DNA of 64,000 nucleotides from Gammaproteobacteria bacterium. GTDB lineage: Bacteria > Pseudomonadota > Gammaproteobacteria > UBA4575. Of this stretch, positions 38,869-49,928 are shown one piece after another. Position 1 is the stretch's first letter. Each line of letters opens with the position of its first letter. Location of the stretch: contig CBDCUI010000007.1 in NCBI GenBank assembly GCA_965222615.1, positions 32,001 to 96,000 of the forward strand, read 5' to 3'. The position numbers and the translations under genes were made by a program. The notes beneath the pieces are model-generated. The model had not been told where the DNA came from, searched no databases, and saw only the letters and a program-made list of their open reading frames with translations.

Positions 38869-39711
38869 CTAGACTTTACGTTGTTGATATAGAGTATAAA
38901 CCTTACGCCATAGTTCCCCTGGAACACCCGCTCCAACGGTTTTTCCATCTATTTGAGTGGCCGCTAACACCTCTTTAGTAGAGCTAGTAATCCACAATTC
39001 ATCTGATGAATACAACCATTGTTTTGGAATAGATTGCTCTGTGTATCCTATACCCAATTCGCTGAGCAGCTCTAATACAAAATCACGTGTTATGCCAGGC
39101 AGAATTAAATTATCTTTTGGATGGGTAAACACTTCGCCATCCCGTATTACAAATAAATTACTGGCCGCTCCTTCTAGCACAAATTCATCTCTCACCATAA
39201 TTGCTTCGACTGCAGATGCCTGTAGAGCATCTTGCTTTGACAAAATATTCGCTAATAAACTAATAACTTTAATATCACACCTTTGCCAACGCATATCTTC
39301 CGAAGTAATCAACGCCACACCTCTTTGCAGCTGCTCTTGTGGTATTGGGGCTAGCGGATTAGCCATGGCAAAAATGGTAGGACCCACATCTTGTGGAAAA
39401 ACATGGTCGCGAGGTGCAACACCTCTAGTGACTTGAATGTAGATCGCTAGATTTTCCTCGCTGGACTGTTCAATCAATGTTTCAACAATAATTTCCCATT
39501 CAGCACGAGAATAAGGATTTTCAATGCGAATTTCATTAATGCTGCGCTCCAACCGAGTTAAATGTTGTGCTAAATAAAAAGGCTTGCTTTTGTAGACTGG
39601 TATTAATTCATAAATACCGTCGCCAAAAATAAAACCTCGATCCAAAGGCGAAACCTTGCACTCCTGAAGAGACATATATTCACCGTTAAGAAAAGCTTGG
39701 GTTTGTGTCAC
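38869..39711 (-). CDS. dat: D-amino acid aminotransferase
   Basis: DRGFIFGDGIYE, QVTRGVAPRDH, RCDIKVISLLAN, ILPGITR. Confidence 0.88.
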   Translation of the reverse strand: MTQTQAFLNGEYMSLQECKVSPLDRGFIFGDGIYELIPVYKSKPFYLAQHLTRLERSINEIRIENPYSRAEWEIIVETLIEQSSEENLAIYIQVTRGVAPRDHVFPQDVGPTIFAMANPLAPIPQEQLQRGVALITSEDMRWQRCDIKVISLLANILSKQDALQASAVEAIMVRDEFVLEGAASNLFVIRDGEVFTHPKDNLILPGITRDFVLELLSELGIGYTEQSIPKQWLYSSDELWITSSTKEVLAATQIDGKTVGAGVPGELWRKVYTLYQQRKV

Positions 39712-39726
39712 GAAATGCAGCGCATG

Positions 39727-40866
39727 CTAATAAAATAATTTCACAAAGAAATCCACTATACGTCGCCACAATCCTCCTGATGGATTATCCTGCAAAGTTA
39801 CGAGGGGCTTCTCAAGATAATCTTTACCACCCAAAGTAACTTTAACTGTACCAACCTGATGACCTTGCTCCACCGGCGCCATAATATCGGAATTAATATC
39901 CATAGATGCTTTTAGCAAATCGTATTGACCACGAGGTATTGTGACATTTAAATCTTCATCTACACCCAGCGGAATTAATTTCGACTCACCATTCCACATG
40001 CGCTGTTCAACTAAAGTCTCGCCTGCTTTATATAAACTATGCGATTCATAATATCTAAATCCGTAATTAAGCAATGCCTGAGTATTTACCGTACGAGACT
40101 TATCACTATCTGTACCCATCACAGCAGAAATTAGTCGCATATCATTACGTATAGCAGACGCAGCTAGACAATAACCCGCGGCTTCGGTATGCCCTGTTTT
40201 TAAGCCATCAACCGCACTATCTCTCCATAACAATCGATTTCGATTATGTTGTTTGATGTCATTAAATGTAAATTCTTTTTGAGCATAGCGTTTATATTCT
40301 TCCGGAAATTCAGCGATTACGGCTCGCGATAGCAACGCAATGTCATATGCGGTTGTATAATGATCTACATCGGGCAATCCGGTTGCATTTATAAAGTGTG
40401 TATCTTTAAGCCCTAAACGTTGAGCATGTGCATTCATGACATCAGCAAAGGCTTCTTCAGTACCGGCAACATGTTCTGCTAGCGCAACACTGGCATCATT
40501 ACCAGACTGAATAATTAAACCAAGCAATAAATCTTCAAGTAGAATTCTATTGCCGACCTCAACAAACATTCTTGAACCAATACTACGCCAGGCCTTTTCA
40601 CTAATGAGCACTTGATCAGTCAGAGAAGCATCATTGGCCGCTAAGGCATGGTAAACCACATAAGCTGTCATAATTTTGGTAATACTTGCAGGATCAACAC
40701 GCTCATGAGCATTGTATTCAGCAAGTATTGCGCCACTTGCGTAGTCCATTAATACATAACTTGAGGCATCAAACTTTGGCGGTGCAGGAATAGGTTGTGA
40801 CTCTGCGAATAGGCTTGTGTAGCCAAACATCAATGCAAAAATAAGTACAATTGTTTTAATGTTCAT
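39727..40866 (-). CDS. dacA: D-alanyl-D-alanine carboxypeptidase (PBP5/6)
   Basis: SITK, SGN and KTG motifs. Confidence 0.93.
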   Translation of the reverse strand: MNIKTIVLIFALMFGYTSLFAESQPIPAPPKFDASSYVLMDYASGAILAEYNAHERVDPASITKIMTAYVVYHALAANDASLTDQVLISEKAWRSIGSRMFVEVGNRILLEDLLLGLIIQSGNDASVALAEHVAGTEEAFADVMNAHAQRLGLKDTHFINATGLPDVDHYTTAYDIALLSRAVIAEFPEEYKRYAQKEFTFNDIKQHNRNRLLWRDSAVDGLKTGHTEAAGYCLAASAIRNDMRLISAVMGTDSDKSRTVNTQALLNYGFRYYESHSLYKAGETLVEQRMWNGESKLIPLGVDEDLNVTIPRGQYDLLKASMDINSDIMAPVEQGHQVGTVKVTLGGKDYLEKPLVTLQDNPSGGLWRRIVDFFVKLFY

Positions 40867-40902
40867 CTAACACTAACCTCATCAATAATTTAACTACAGT
40901 GA

Positions 40903-41817
40903 CTATTCAATCACTACACGATGTTCCTTCATGCCCATATCGCTGAGTCTGGCTACTGTGTCATCAGCTAACTGAACAGTAGACAATGGCCCAATGCGTA
41001 CCCGGTGCAATTCCTTCGCGTCTTTTACAATAGAAGATATGGAAACTATTCCTATATTTAAAGGTTTTAACTGATTGAGTAATTGATCTGCATTGGCACG
41101 ATCTCCAAATGCCCCGACCTGTACAAAAACTTGTGGACTCGCCTCAGTAGAAACAATTGTTGACTCTAGTGAATCATCAGTTTGAGAATTGATCTCTTCA
41201 GTAACAGGAATCTTTTCTTTGGCTGTAGAAACTTGCGAATCCTGTTTAGAGTTTTTAGTGACTTGGTAGCTGACTGGATCAATGGCTTGAATCTCAACCA
41301 AACCTGTGCCTTCGCTTATTATGCCAAGTTTTCTTGCCGCTGAGTAAGATAGATCGATAACACGATTTTGATGAAATGGCCCGCGATCATTGACGCGCAC
41401 GACAATTTGTCTGCCATTTTTCAAATTGGTAACTTGAACATAGGTTGGTAACGGTAATCGCGTGTGGGCTGCCGTCATCGCATACATATCATAAGTCTCC
41501 CCACTAGAAGTTCGACGTCCATGAAACTTTTTACCATACCAAGAAGCAATGCCTCTTTCAGAAAACCCATCGCTACTCGCCAGAGTGTAATAACGTTTCC
41601 CAAACACAACATAAGAACTAGGATTACCATAGCGACTACGTGGCTCAACACGTGGGGTAGCATCAGGAGGTAACTCGCGAGGAATATGTTTTGTTTCTGG
41701 CGGAGCATCCTCTACGGTTGGCTTGAACAAGGAACAAGCACCTTGCCCAATTAATAAAATGGCAAATACCCAAACACTAAATCTACGGGTAGTTTTGGTT
41801 AGATTAATTTTGCGCAA
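40903..41817 (-). CDS. rlpA: Septal ring lytic transglycosylase RlpA lipoprotein
   Basis: GIASWYG, TAAHTRLPLP, VNDRGPF, C-terminal SPOR domain (VQVGAF). Confidence 0.93.
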   Translation of the reverse strand: MRKINLTKTTRRFSVWVFAILLIGQGACSLFKPTVEDAPPETKHIPRELPPDATPRVEPRSRYGNPSSYVVFGKRYYTLASSDGFSERGIASWYGKKFHGRRTSSGETYDMYAMTAAHTRLPLPTYVQVTNLKNGRQIVVRVNDRGPFHQNRVIDLSYSAARKLGIISEGTGLVEIQAIDPVSYQVTKNSKQDSQVSTAKEKIPVTEEINSQTDDSLESTIVSTEASPQVFVQVGAFGDRANADQLLNQLKPLNIGIVSISSIVKDAKELHRVRIGPLSTVQLADDTVARLSDMGMKEHRVVIE

Positions 41818-42805
41818 CGTAGTCTTTGATATCTTGTTTAATCTTTTGACTTAATTGATGAACGGCCATCGCATACATATGACTATGGTTATAACGCGTA
41901 ATGACATAAAAATTATTAAATCCAGCCCAATATTCGTTTGAATTGTCATTATTTAGTTCAAGTAATGCAACTTTTTCTTGCGAAAAAGAATCCGCTTCAA
42001 CATCTATATCATATTTTGCTAAATCTGAAACAACTATTGATGGCTTTATGCCTTTATCTAGTAATTTCATATAAGCTGAGCCATTAATATTAACAGGCAA
42101 AGTAACAGGTTTATTTTCACGCCATCCGTGCCGTTTAAAATAATTTGCCACACTACCTATAACATCCTCATTACTACCCCATAAATCACGCTTGCCATTA
42201 TCATCAAAATCCACGGCATATCGTCGATAGCTACTTGAAATAAACTGACTTTTCCCCATCGCTCCAGCATATGAACCTTTAAGTTCTACCGGATCCAAAT
42301 TTTCCTCATTTGCCAATAATAAAAATTGTTCAAGCTCACTACGGAAAAACTTTTGTCGTGGCGGATAATCAAAACCCAAAGTCACTAAAGAATCCAGTAC
42401 TGGATATTTGCCCTCATATCTTCCATAAAAAGTTTCTACACCAAGAATCGCGACAATAATTTCCGGCGGCACACCAAATTCACGCTCTGCCGCAGCCAAC
42501 GTCTGAGCATTCTCTGACCAAAACTGCAATCCTTCTTTAATACGTTTGGGCGTAATAAAAATTTTTCGATATTCTTGCCAATTCTTCTTTTTTTCTGCTG
42601 GTCGCTGAATAGCCTCTAAAACTTCAGTTTGAGTTTTAACCTTATCAAATAACTTTGTTAATGTTTCTTTAGGATATTGATGTTGCTCAGAAAACTCATC
42701 AATAAAACTCTTCACATCTTTTCGATTGAGATAATTTTCGCTTGCATAAGTATTGCTAACAAACACAAATACTAAAACAAGTTTTATTAACCAAACTTTT
42801 AACAT
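41804..42805 (-). CDS. mltB: Lytic murein transglycosylase B
   Basis: ILGVETFYG, GSYAGAMG.SQF, ITRYNHS.MYAMAV. Confidence 0.93.
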   Translation of the reverse strand: MLKVWLIKLVLVFVFVSNTYASENYLNRKDVKSFIDEFSEQHQYPKETLTKLFDKVKTQTEVLEAIQRPAEKKKNWQEYRKIFITPKRIKEGLQFWSENAQTLAAAEREFGVPPEIIVAILGVETFYGRYEGKYPVLDSLVTLGFDYPPRQKFFRSELEQFLLLANEENLDPVELKGSYAGAMGKSQFISSSYRRYAVDFDDNGKRDLWGSNEDVIGSVANYFKRHGWRENKPVTLPVNINGSAYMKLLDKGIKPSIVVSDLAKYDIDVEADSFSQEKVALLELNNDNSNEYWAGFNNFYVITRYNHSHMYAMAVHQLSQKIKQDIKDYVAQN

Positions 42806-42809
42806 AGCT

Positions 42810-43940
42810 CTATGGTGATAATAACGACCGATGCGAATTGATAGACATTAATATTCCAAATGCCGCCATGATGGTTACAGCCGAGGTCCCACCATAACTA
42901 ATCAAAGGCAGTGGTACACCAACAACAGGAAGCAAACCACTAACCATACCGATGTTAACCAAAAAATAAGCAAAAAAAGATAAACTTAAACTACCTGCCA
43001 ACAACCTAGAGTAAGTATCTTTTGCACTGACAGCAATACTCAACCCTCGCATTACAACAAAACTATACAAAAATAATAAAAATACCACCCCTAAAAATCC
43101 AAATTCCTCGCTGAATACTGCAAAAATAAAGTCAGTTGTACGTTCTGGAATGAAATCAAGTTGAGATTGTGTGCCATTTAACCAACCTTTCCCGTAAACA
43201 CCGCCTGAACCTATAGCAATTTTCGACTGGATTATATGATATCCCGTGCCTAAAGGATCACTTTCTGGATTTAACAAAGTGAGTATCCGTTGCCGTTGAT
43301 AATCATGCAGATAGAACCAAAATAATGGCATACACGCCAATGCCAACCCACCAAAAACAGCCAATAAGCGCCAAGTAATCCCAGCTAAAAAAATAACAAA
43401 AACACCAGATAGAATAATTAAAATTGCTGTGCCCAAATCTGGCTGTAAAACGACGAGCCCAGCGGGTATCGCAATAATAAGTATCGCCACGATGATCTGA
43501 GTTAACGAGGGTGGCATATGTTTATCACGAAAATACCAAGCAATCATCATTGGCAGAAATATTTTCATTACTTCTGACGGTTGAAATCGAAAAATACCAA
43601 GATCCAACCAGCGCTGCGCACCTTTACCACTATACCCTATCGCCATCACTACAAATAACAATACCAAACCTAGCAGAAATAACCATGGTGACCAATTCGA
43701 TAATTGCTTACTTGGAATTTGCGCTAAAAAAACTAACGCAACAAATCCCAACGCGAAACGAATAGACTGGCGAGTTACAGCCGCCATTTCACCGCTAGTA
43801 GCGCTATACAATACAGTTAGTCCAATACCACAAAGCAAAATTAACGCACCCATTAATGCTGGATCAATATTTAATAAATGCCTTTCATTTTTAATAGGCG
43901 AAGACATTATTATGCCTTTGGAAGAAAATACGGTGCTCAT
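42810..43940 (-). CDS. rodA: Rod shape-determining protein RodA (SEDS glycosyltransferase)
   Basis: GAQRWL, QPSE, QPDLGT, IPERTTDFIF, PLISYGGT. Confidence 0.95.
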   Translation of the reverse strand: MSTVFSSKGIIMSSPIKNERHLLNIDPALMGALILLCGIGLTVLYSATSGEMAAVTRQSIRFALGFVALVFLAQIPSKQLSNWSPWLFLLGLVLLFVVMAIGYSGKGAQRWLDLGIFRFQPSEVMKIFLPMMIAWYFRDKHMPPSLTQIIVAILIIAIPAGLVVLQPDLGTAILIILSGVFVIFLAGITWRLLAVFGGLALACMPLFWFYLHDYQRQRILTLLNPESDPLGTGYHIIQSKIAIGSGGVYGKGWLNGTQSQLDFIPERTTDFIFAVFSEEFGFLGVVFLLFLYSFVVMRGLSIAVSAKDTYSRLLAGSLSLSFFAYFLVNIGMVSGLLPVVGVPLPLISYGGTSAVTIMAAFGILMSINSHRSLLSP

Positions 43941-45805
43941 GGTTTATTTGCAGCCAATAGTTCTTCTTTACTCAATAAGTAATTATCCATTACTGCTTTT
44001 GCCACAGGTGCAGCAGCACGACTACCACTACCACCATTTTCAACAATTACCGCGATTGCAATTTTGGGATCATTCGCAGGTGCAAAGGCAATAAATAAAC
44101 CGTGGTCACGCAATTTTTCTTCAATATTTTCCTCTTCATATTCTTCGTCTTCTGCCAATCCAAATACCTGCGCGGTACCAGTTTTACCAGCAATTTTATA
44201 TTTAGCGTCCTTACCTATTCTAAATGCCGTTCCATTAGGCTTATGCACAGCATCTATCATCGCAGAAATAATCTGGTCCCAATAATATTCATTGGTTACT
44301 TCAATATAGGGCATTGCGGTTGCATGCGCCATTTCTTCTACGTTACCTTGTGTGCGTATAGCGCGTAAAAATCTTGGCTGCACGCCCTGACCTCGCATCG
44401 CTAATGCACTCGCTGCTGTTGCCAGTTGCAAGGGTGTGGTTAACATATATCCTTGACCAATTCCGGTAATAATCGTTTCACCTGGATACCAGGGCTGTCC
44501 ATACATACCCTTTTTCCACTCCTGTGACGGCATAATCCCTTTGGCTTCTCCCCATGTATCTAAAGCAGTTTTTTGACCCAGATTAAATTTAGAAAGAAAC
44601 TCCGACATTCGATCAATACCGAGATCATTTGCTAGAGTGTAAAAATAAACATCGCATGACTGAGTGATTGCTTTAAACATATCAACTCGGCCATGTCCGC
44701 CTTTTTTCCAATCTCGGTATTTACGCTTATGTCCTGGCAATTGATAGTATGGCCCTGCATACATGGTTTTTTCTGCCCAAGTCACACCATAGTGCAAACC
44801 CGCTAGTGCCAACATTGGCTTTATAGTTGAACCTGGTGGATATTGACCAGTCAATGCTCGATTAAATAATGGTCGCTTTGGATTGTTGCGTAATAAAGAA
44901 TACTGTTTGCGACTGATGCCATTTACAAAAAGGTTCGGATCAAAAGTTGGAGTACTAACGAAAACTAAAACTTCACCTGTAACAGGATCCATTGCAACCA
45001 CAGAGCCATTGCGTTCCCCTAGACTATCTTGAGCAATTTTTTGTAAGCGTGCATCTAAAGTTAATACCAAGTCCGAACCTGGCGTAGGAGGTACAGTCTC
45101 TAATACACGTAATTTACGACCCTGGGCATTAATTTCAATGTGCTGATATCCTACTTCACCATGCAAAACATCTTCATAGTGCTTTTCAACTCCTAGTTTA
45201 CCGATATGCGAAGTTCCACTGTAATTTTGTTTATCTAACTTTTTTACTTCTTGAGCATTGATACGGCCAACATAGCCCAAAGCATGCGAACTAACACCAG
45301 ATAAAGGATAGTATCGATTTGCACGTGCGGTAACTTCTACACCAGGATAACGGTGACGATTTACAGAAAAACGTGCTACTTCATCTTCAGTTAAGTTTAT
45401 TTTTAAAGGAATCGATTCAAAAGCTTGTTTACGTTTAATATCGTCATAAAATTTTTTGAGATGATGTTCTTCCAGCTCCACATACTGACTGATTTCAGAA
45501 ATAGTCTGTTCAATATCATCAACTTGTACTGGAGTAATTTCGATTTGATAGCTAGGTTTATTATCAGCAAGTAATTTCAAATTTCGGTCATAAATTAAAC
45601 CCCGTATAGGTGGTGTTGGGACAACCCTAACTCTATTCTCTTGAGATAAGGTTGTGTAATGCTCATTACTAGTAATCTGCAAATAAAATAAACGTAGACC
45701 AAGCATCACTACGCATAACATCACAAACAGCGCCGCAAAATATACGCGCACTTTAAAATAACGTATTTCTACTTTTGGATTTTTTAAAAAGTCGCGCGCT
45801 GCCAC
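43937..45805 (-). CDS. mrdA: Penicillin-binding protein 2
   Basis: YPPGSTIK, SCDVYFY, AGKTGTAQV. Confidence 0.95.
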   Translation of the reverse strand: MAARDFLKNPKVEIRYFKVRVYFAALFVMLCVVMLGLRLFYLQITSNEHYTTLSQENRVRVVPTPPIRGLIYDRNLKLLADNKPSYQIEITPVQVDDIEQTISEISQYVELEEHHLKKFYDDIKRKQAFESIPLKINLTEDEVARFSVNRHRYPGVEVTARANRYYPLSGVSSHALGYVGRINAQEVKKLDKQNYSGTSHIGKLGVEKHYEDVLHGEVGYQHIEINAQGRKLRVLETVPPTPGSDLVLTLDARLQKIAQDSLGERNGSVVAMDPVTGEVLVFVSTPTFDPNLFVNGISRKQYSLLRNNPKRPLFNRALTGQYPPGSTIKPMLALAGLHYGVTWAEKTMYAGPYYQLPGHKRKYRDWKKGGHGRVDMFKAITQSCDVYFYTLANDLGIDRMSEFLSKFNLGQKTALDTWGEAKGIMPSQEWKKGMYGQPWYPGETIITGIGQGYMLTTPLQLATAASALAMRGQGVQPRFLRAIRTQGNVEEMAHATAMPYIEVTNEYYWDQIISAMIDAVHKPNGTAFRIGKDAKYKIAGKTGTAQVFGLAEDEEYEEENIEEKLRDHGLFIAFAPANDPKIAIAVIVENGGSGSRAAAPVAKAVMDNYLLSKEELLAANKP

Positions 45806-45939
45806 AATGAATCGTATTGCTAATCTGATGAATTATTATACAAAATAACCATTTGAAAATTCCTGTTATAGTGTATATTACCTGATTGCTATTGCTACTA
45901 ACATTGAGATTGTTCACTACGAAATAGGCAGAAAGCCTA

Positions 45940-46005
45940 TATAATTGCCGCCGGTGCTGTCTGGGCTAAATATATATTTGGGTGAAGCATCAGTAACAGT
46001 CGATC
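45940..46005 (+). ncRNA. -10 box followed by candidate cation (Na+)-responsive riboswitch-like leader of hppA
   Basis: TATAAT at 45940; then CCGGTGCT...GGGTGAAGCATC-AGTAACAGTCGAT with stem GGTGCT/AGCATC enclosing a CTAAATA/TATTTGG hairpin. Resemblance to the DUF1646 (Na+-I) motif is from memory only. Confidence 0.35.
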
Positions 46006-46067
46006 AACATACAAGCTACATAAAAGCATAAAAACAACCACATTTGTGATCTTTTAGGAGAAGATTC

Positions 46068-48071
46068 ATGACAATTCATCACTTACCCATCGCTCTTGGT
46101 GTGCTGGGTCTTATTGCTGCATTCGTTATTTATCAATTTGTACTACGCTATTCGCAAGGTACTGGTAAAGTTGTCGAAATATCTGATGCGATACACACCG
46201 GCGCAATGACTTTTATGCGCCGTGAATACACTATTTTATTTATATTTGCAGCTTTCGTTGTCATTGCAATCTGGTTCTCAGATCTGGGTCAAAATACCGC
46301 GATCGCATTTATCGTTGGGGCACTATGTTCATCGGCTGCCGGTTATATCGGTATGTATACCGCTACACGTGCCAATGTCCGCACCACGGTTGCAGCGCAT
46401 GAAAAAGGTGCCGATGCAGCACTTGGTGTTGCATTTTTTGGCGGCTCGATTATGGGTCTTACCGTTGCTGCAATGGGCCTACTCGGCCTTGGCAGCTTGT
46501 ATCTATTTTTTGGCCGTGATCCAGCTACTGCAAATGTCATTCATGGATTTGGCATGGGGGCTTCCACCGTTGCGCTATTCTCACGTGTCGGAGGTGGTAT
46601 CTATACAAAGAGCGCAGATGTGGGCGCCGATTTGGTGGGTAAAGTCGAAGCCGGTATTCCAGAAGACGATCCTCGTAATCCCGGAGTGATTGCAGATAAT
46701 GTAGGTGACAATGTAGGGGATGTGGCTGGTATGGGCTCAGACATCTTTGAATCATATTGTGGTTCCATCATCGCTACGATCGCAATTGCTGCAACCCTTG
46801 CCCCGGCTATTGTAGAAAAACTCGGTGAAAAACAAACACTGATGTTTTTACCATTGGGATTAGCATCAGTCGGAATCGTATGTTCATTACTCGGCATTCT
46901 TTTAGTAAAACTTACATCTGGAAAATCTCCAGCAACGGCATTACGCATAGGTACATTTTCTGCAGCAGTATTATTTATAATTGCTGCATACTTTGTAATT
47001 AAATCACTTGGCTTAAGCACTGGTATATGGGTGTCCGTACTTGCTGGAGCCGTGGGCGGAATCATAATAGGTTTAGTTACGGAGTATTACACCGGTGGCA
47101 GTCCGGTAAGAAAGATTGCCAAAGGTGGTGAAACCGGTCCCGCTACGGTAATGATCTCCGGCTTGGCCATTGGTATGCAATCAGTAGTAGTGCCGGTATT
47201 AAGTCTTGCTGCGATTATTTTCTTTGCGAATTATTTTGCCAGTTTATATGGCGTTGGTATTGCTGCAGTTGGCATGTTAGCCACGGTTGGTATCACTATG
47301 GCAATCGATGCCTATGGTCCGGTTGCGGATAACGCCGGCGGGATTGCGGAAATGGCTGAACTCGGTGAAGATGTGCGTAAAATTACTGATGAATTAGATG
47401 AAGTCGGTAACACTACAGCCGCAATTGGTAAAGGCTTTGCAATTGGTGCCGCGGCATTGGCTGCATTAGCGATCATCACAGCCTTTCTTGCCGAAGTAAG
47501 CCATGGCAAAGAATCTATTGTTTTAGACTTAAGTGATCCTAAGGTGTTAATTGGATTATTTATTGGAGGCGTGTTTCCTTTCATTGTGGCCTCCTTGACC
47601 ATGACGGCTGTAGGAGATGCCGCATTCGATATGATTAAAGAGATTCGTAGGCAGTTCAAAGAAATACCTGGGCTTTTAGAAGGCAAGGCCAAGCCGGATA
47701 CGGTTCGCTGTGTCGATATCGCAACTACTGCAGCTTTAAAGCGTATGGTACCTCCAGGTTTATTGGCCGTGATTGCACCAGTAGTAGTCGGCTTTGGATT
47801 CGGGGCCGAAACCTTAGGTGGAATGCTAGGTGGCGCACTATTAGGCTGTGTGTTGCTAGCCTTGATGATGGCAAATGCCGGTGGTGCATGGGATAACGCA
47901 AAAAAGTATGTTGAAAAAGGCAATTTAGGTGGCAAAGGCTCCGATGTTCACAAAGCCGCGGTTGTAGGTGACACCGTGGGAGACCCATTTAAAGACACGT
48001 CAGGCCCTTCGATGAACATACTTATCAATGTAATGGCAATCGTGAGTTTGGTAATAGCGCCACTTTTATAA
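46068..48071 (+). CDS. hppA: Membrane-bound K+-dependent, probably Na+-translocating pyrophosphatase
   Basis: [30 protein letters not shown] (Ala = K+-dependent), GSDIFESY (gate Glu at the Na+-PPase position), [14 protein letters not shown]. Confidence 0.93.
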   Translation: MTIHHLPIALGVLGLIAAFVIYQFVLRYSQGTGKVVEISDAIHTGAMTFMRREYTILFIFAAFVVIAIWFSDLGQNTAIAFIVGALCSSAAGYIGMYTATRANVRTTVAAHEKGADAALGVAFFGGSIMGLTVAAMGLLGLGSLYLFFGRDPATANVIHGFGMGASTVALFSRVGGGIYTKSADVGADLVGKVEAGIPEDDPRNPGVIADNVGDNVGDVAGMGSDIFESYCGSIIATIAIAATLAPAIVEKLGEKQTLMFLPLGLASVGIVCSLLGILLVKLTSGKSPATALRIGTFSAAVLFIIAAYFVIKSLGLSTGIWVSVLAGAVGGIIIGLVTEYYTGGSPVRKIAKGGETGPATVMISGLAIGMQSVVVPVLSLAAIIFFANYFASLYGVGIAAVGMLATVGITMAIDAYGPVADNAGGIAEMAELGEDVRKITDELDEVGNTTAAIGKGFAIGAAALAALAIITAFLAEVSHGKESIVLDLSDPKVLIGLFIGGVFPFIVASLTMTAVGDAAFDMIKEIRRQFKEIPGLLEGKAKPDTVRCVDIATTAALKRMVPPGLLAVIAPVVVGFGFGAETLGGMLGGALLGCVLLALMMANAGGAWDNAKKYVEKGNLGGKGSDVHKAAVVGDTVGDPFKDTSGPSMNILINVMAIVSLVIAPLL

Positions 48072-48179
48072 ATATACCTAAGTATTAAAAAATTTCTTCA
48101 TTCTACTAATGCTTAACTCTCTAGGTTTAGCCCAGAACGAATTGTTATTTATTTAATTCTAATCTATTTCGTCTAAAAT

Positions 48180-49928
48180 TTAATTTGGTATTACTGGAAC
48201 CTGTATGTGAGTAGGGGTATCTACTCCAAAACAAATTTTCTGCATTGCACTAATTGGTCTAGTTTCGTAAGGAATGGGATTGCCAGTATTTGGATTTCGA
48301 TCAAATCTCGGAAAGCTGCTGCTTGTGATATGAACCCTTATCTGATGCCCTTTCTTGAAAACATAGCTTGTAGGCCATAGTTTTATTTCAATCTTATTCG
48401 CTCCTGTACAACTTTGATTTCCTAACTTATACCCTGCTCTTTTAGTACCATCAGTAACATTGTAGGAATCACCATTTTCAAAAACATCTGTAATTCTCAC
48501 AACAAAGTCTGTGTTAGTTACATTTGTTTGAACAAAAAGAATTGCTGTTATTGGGCCCGTAAGCTCTATATCTGAATCAAGAAATTCGCTTGTATAAACT
48601 AAAACATCATCTCTTATCTCAATTTCATTTTGTAGAGCGATACCAGCACGCGGACCCAGAACTACTCCACCCTTTGATGGTACTGGATCATTCGGATCAT
48701 ACAAATATTGATCAAAACCAATAATTTCAGGCTTATTCCAATTTAGTTTGCCTGAAGAGATTGATGAGTTTGCCGTTCCATTGCTAGAAATATATAAATT
48801 CCTAAATTTAGTCCTTGCTAATGGCCATTCATTTTCGTATCTCCATTTATTAATACCTAAAACAAATAATTTAATTTTTCCTGCATTACTATTTTGATTG
48901 TTTTTAGGCTTTAAAAGTTGTTTATCAAACCAATTTAGTCCTTCCTTAATACTTGTTTTTCTATATGTTGGTACTTTACTTGTACCTGGTATTTTTACTT
49001 CTCTTGCATGTGACCAAGGACCAATAATTATTTCTGATTGAGTAGAAACAGTTTTAGATTCTGATTGTTTTAATTGCATAAAATCATCAAGTTGAGAGGG
49101 TAAAAAAGGGTCAAACCAACCAGCAAGCATTTGTACAGGTGCATTAATGGATTTGGCCCTGTCTATACCATCAATATTTATCCAGTACTTATTGTTAGTA
49201 TTGTTCAGCACCCAATCGTTAAAAAACTGAATATCTTTACCAGCACGTTCATCTGCGCTTATTAAAGGGAATCCCCAAAATCCTTTTTCCATATCCTTTA
49301 TTTTAGGTTCGAAGTCTTCCTTGCCACTGCTTTGCAGTGACCATCTAAGTGCACTTTCAAGGGAAAAAGCCCCGCCAGGGTAAAACATGTCATAGAAGCT
49401 AGTACTAACGATATGTAGATGGTAAGCGCTGATATTCGGATTAGTTTGATCAGAGATTGCTAGTTGTGTGTATCCAAAGGCAGACCCTCCCCACATGCCA
49501 AGTTGTCCACTGAACCATGGTTGTTTGTTCAGCCATTGTAATGTTTCGATTCCATCTCCTCTTTCATTTATTAAAGGATAGTATTCACCCTGAGATTTAT
49601 AGCGTCCACGTGTTCCTTGGATAACAACATTGTACCCACGAGATGCCCAATATCTTGCAACTGCATCTGATTTCAAACGATTTGGAAATGTATTTGTAAA
49701 CGGAATTCTTATTAGAATTGTAGGTACCGGTTTATTGGCGACAGGTCTGTAAACATCGGAGACAAGAGTAATATTATCTGAAGTAATTAAACTATAATCT
49801 TCATGTTTAACTACTTTATATTCTCTGGATCGGACACCCTCATTCGGGAGAAAGAACTCCTGTGTAATAGTTTGACAACCACATAAGAGAAGAATTAACA
49901 AAAACGAAAGATTTTTGATAAGTTTCAT
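48180..49928 (-). CDS. CocE/NonD family serine hydrolase, predicted lipoprotein
   Basis: Lipobox LLCGC, GTRGRYKSQG, GMWGGSAFG nucleophile elbow, GWFDPF, IGPWSH, PepX-like C-terminal domain (SSSFPRFDRNPNTG). Confidence 0.88.
   Translation of the reverse strand: MKLIKNLSFLLILLLCGCQTITQEFFLPNEGVRSREYKVVKHEDYSLITSDNITLVSDVYRPVANKPVPTILIRIPFTNTFPNRLKSDAVARYWASRGYNVVIQGTRGRYKSQGEYYPLINERGDGIETLQWLNKQPWFSGQLGMWGGSAFGYTQLAISDQTNPNISAYHLHIVSTSFYDMFYPGGAFSLESALRWSLQSSGKEDFEPKIKDMEKGFWGFPLISADERAGKDIQFFNDWVLNNTNNKYWINIDGIDRAKSINAPVQMLAGWFDPFLPSQLDDFMQLKQSESKTVSTQSEIIIGPWSHAREVKIPGTSKVPTYRKTSIKEGLNWFDKQLLKPKNNQNSNAGKIKLFVLGINKWRYENEWPLARTKFRNLYISSNGTANSSISSGKLNWNKPEIIGFDQYLYDPNDPVPSKGGVVLGPRAGIALQNEIEIRDDVLVYTSEFLDSDIELTGPITAILFVQTNVTNTDFVVRITDVFENGDSYNVTDGTKRAGYKLGNQSCTGANKIEIKLWPTSYVFKKGHQIRVHITSSSFPRFDRNPNTGNPIPYETRPISAMQKICFGVDTPTHIQVPVIPN

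Noticed and set aside
38850-38869. GGAGCTCTGATT resembling the end of repeats A/B
   Set aside because: Only ~12 bp with no core sequence; could be chance or an unprovable remnant
46222-47988. Long alternative-frame and antisense ORFs within hppA (and similar ones in ilvD, mtkAB, ppc, lipA, dat and the RND gene)
   Set aside because: Shadow ORFs of conserved genes; no RBS or protein-like features
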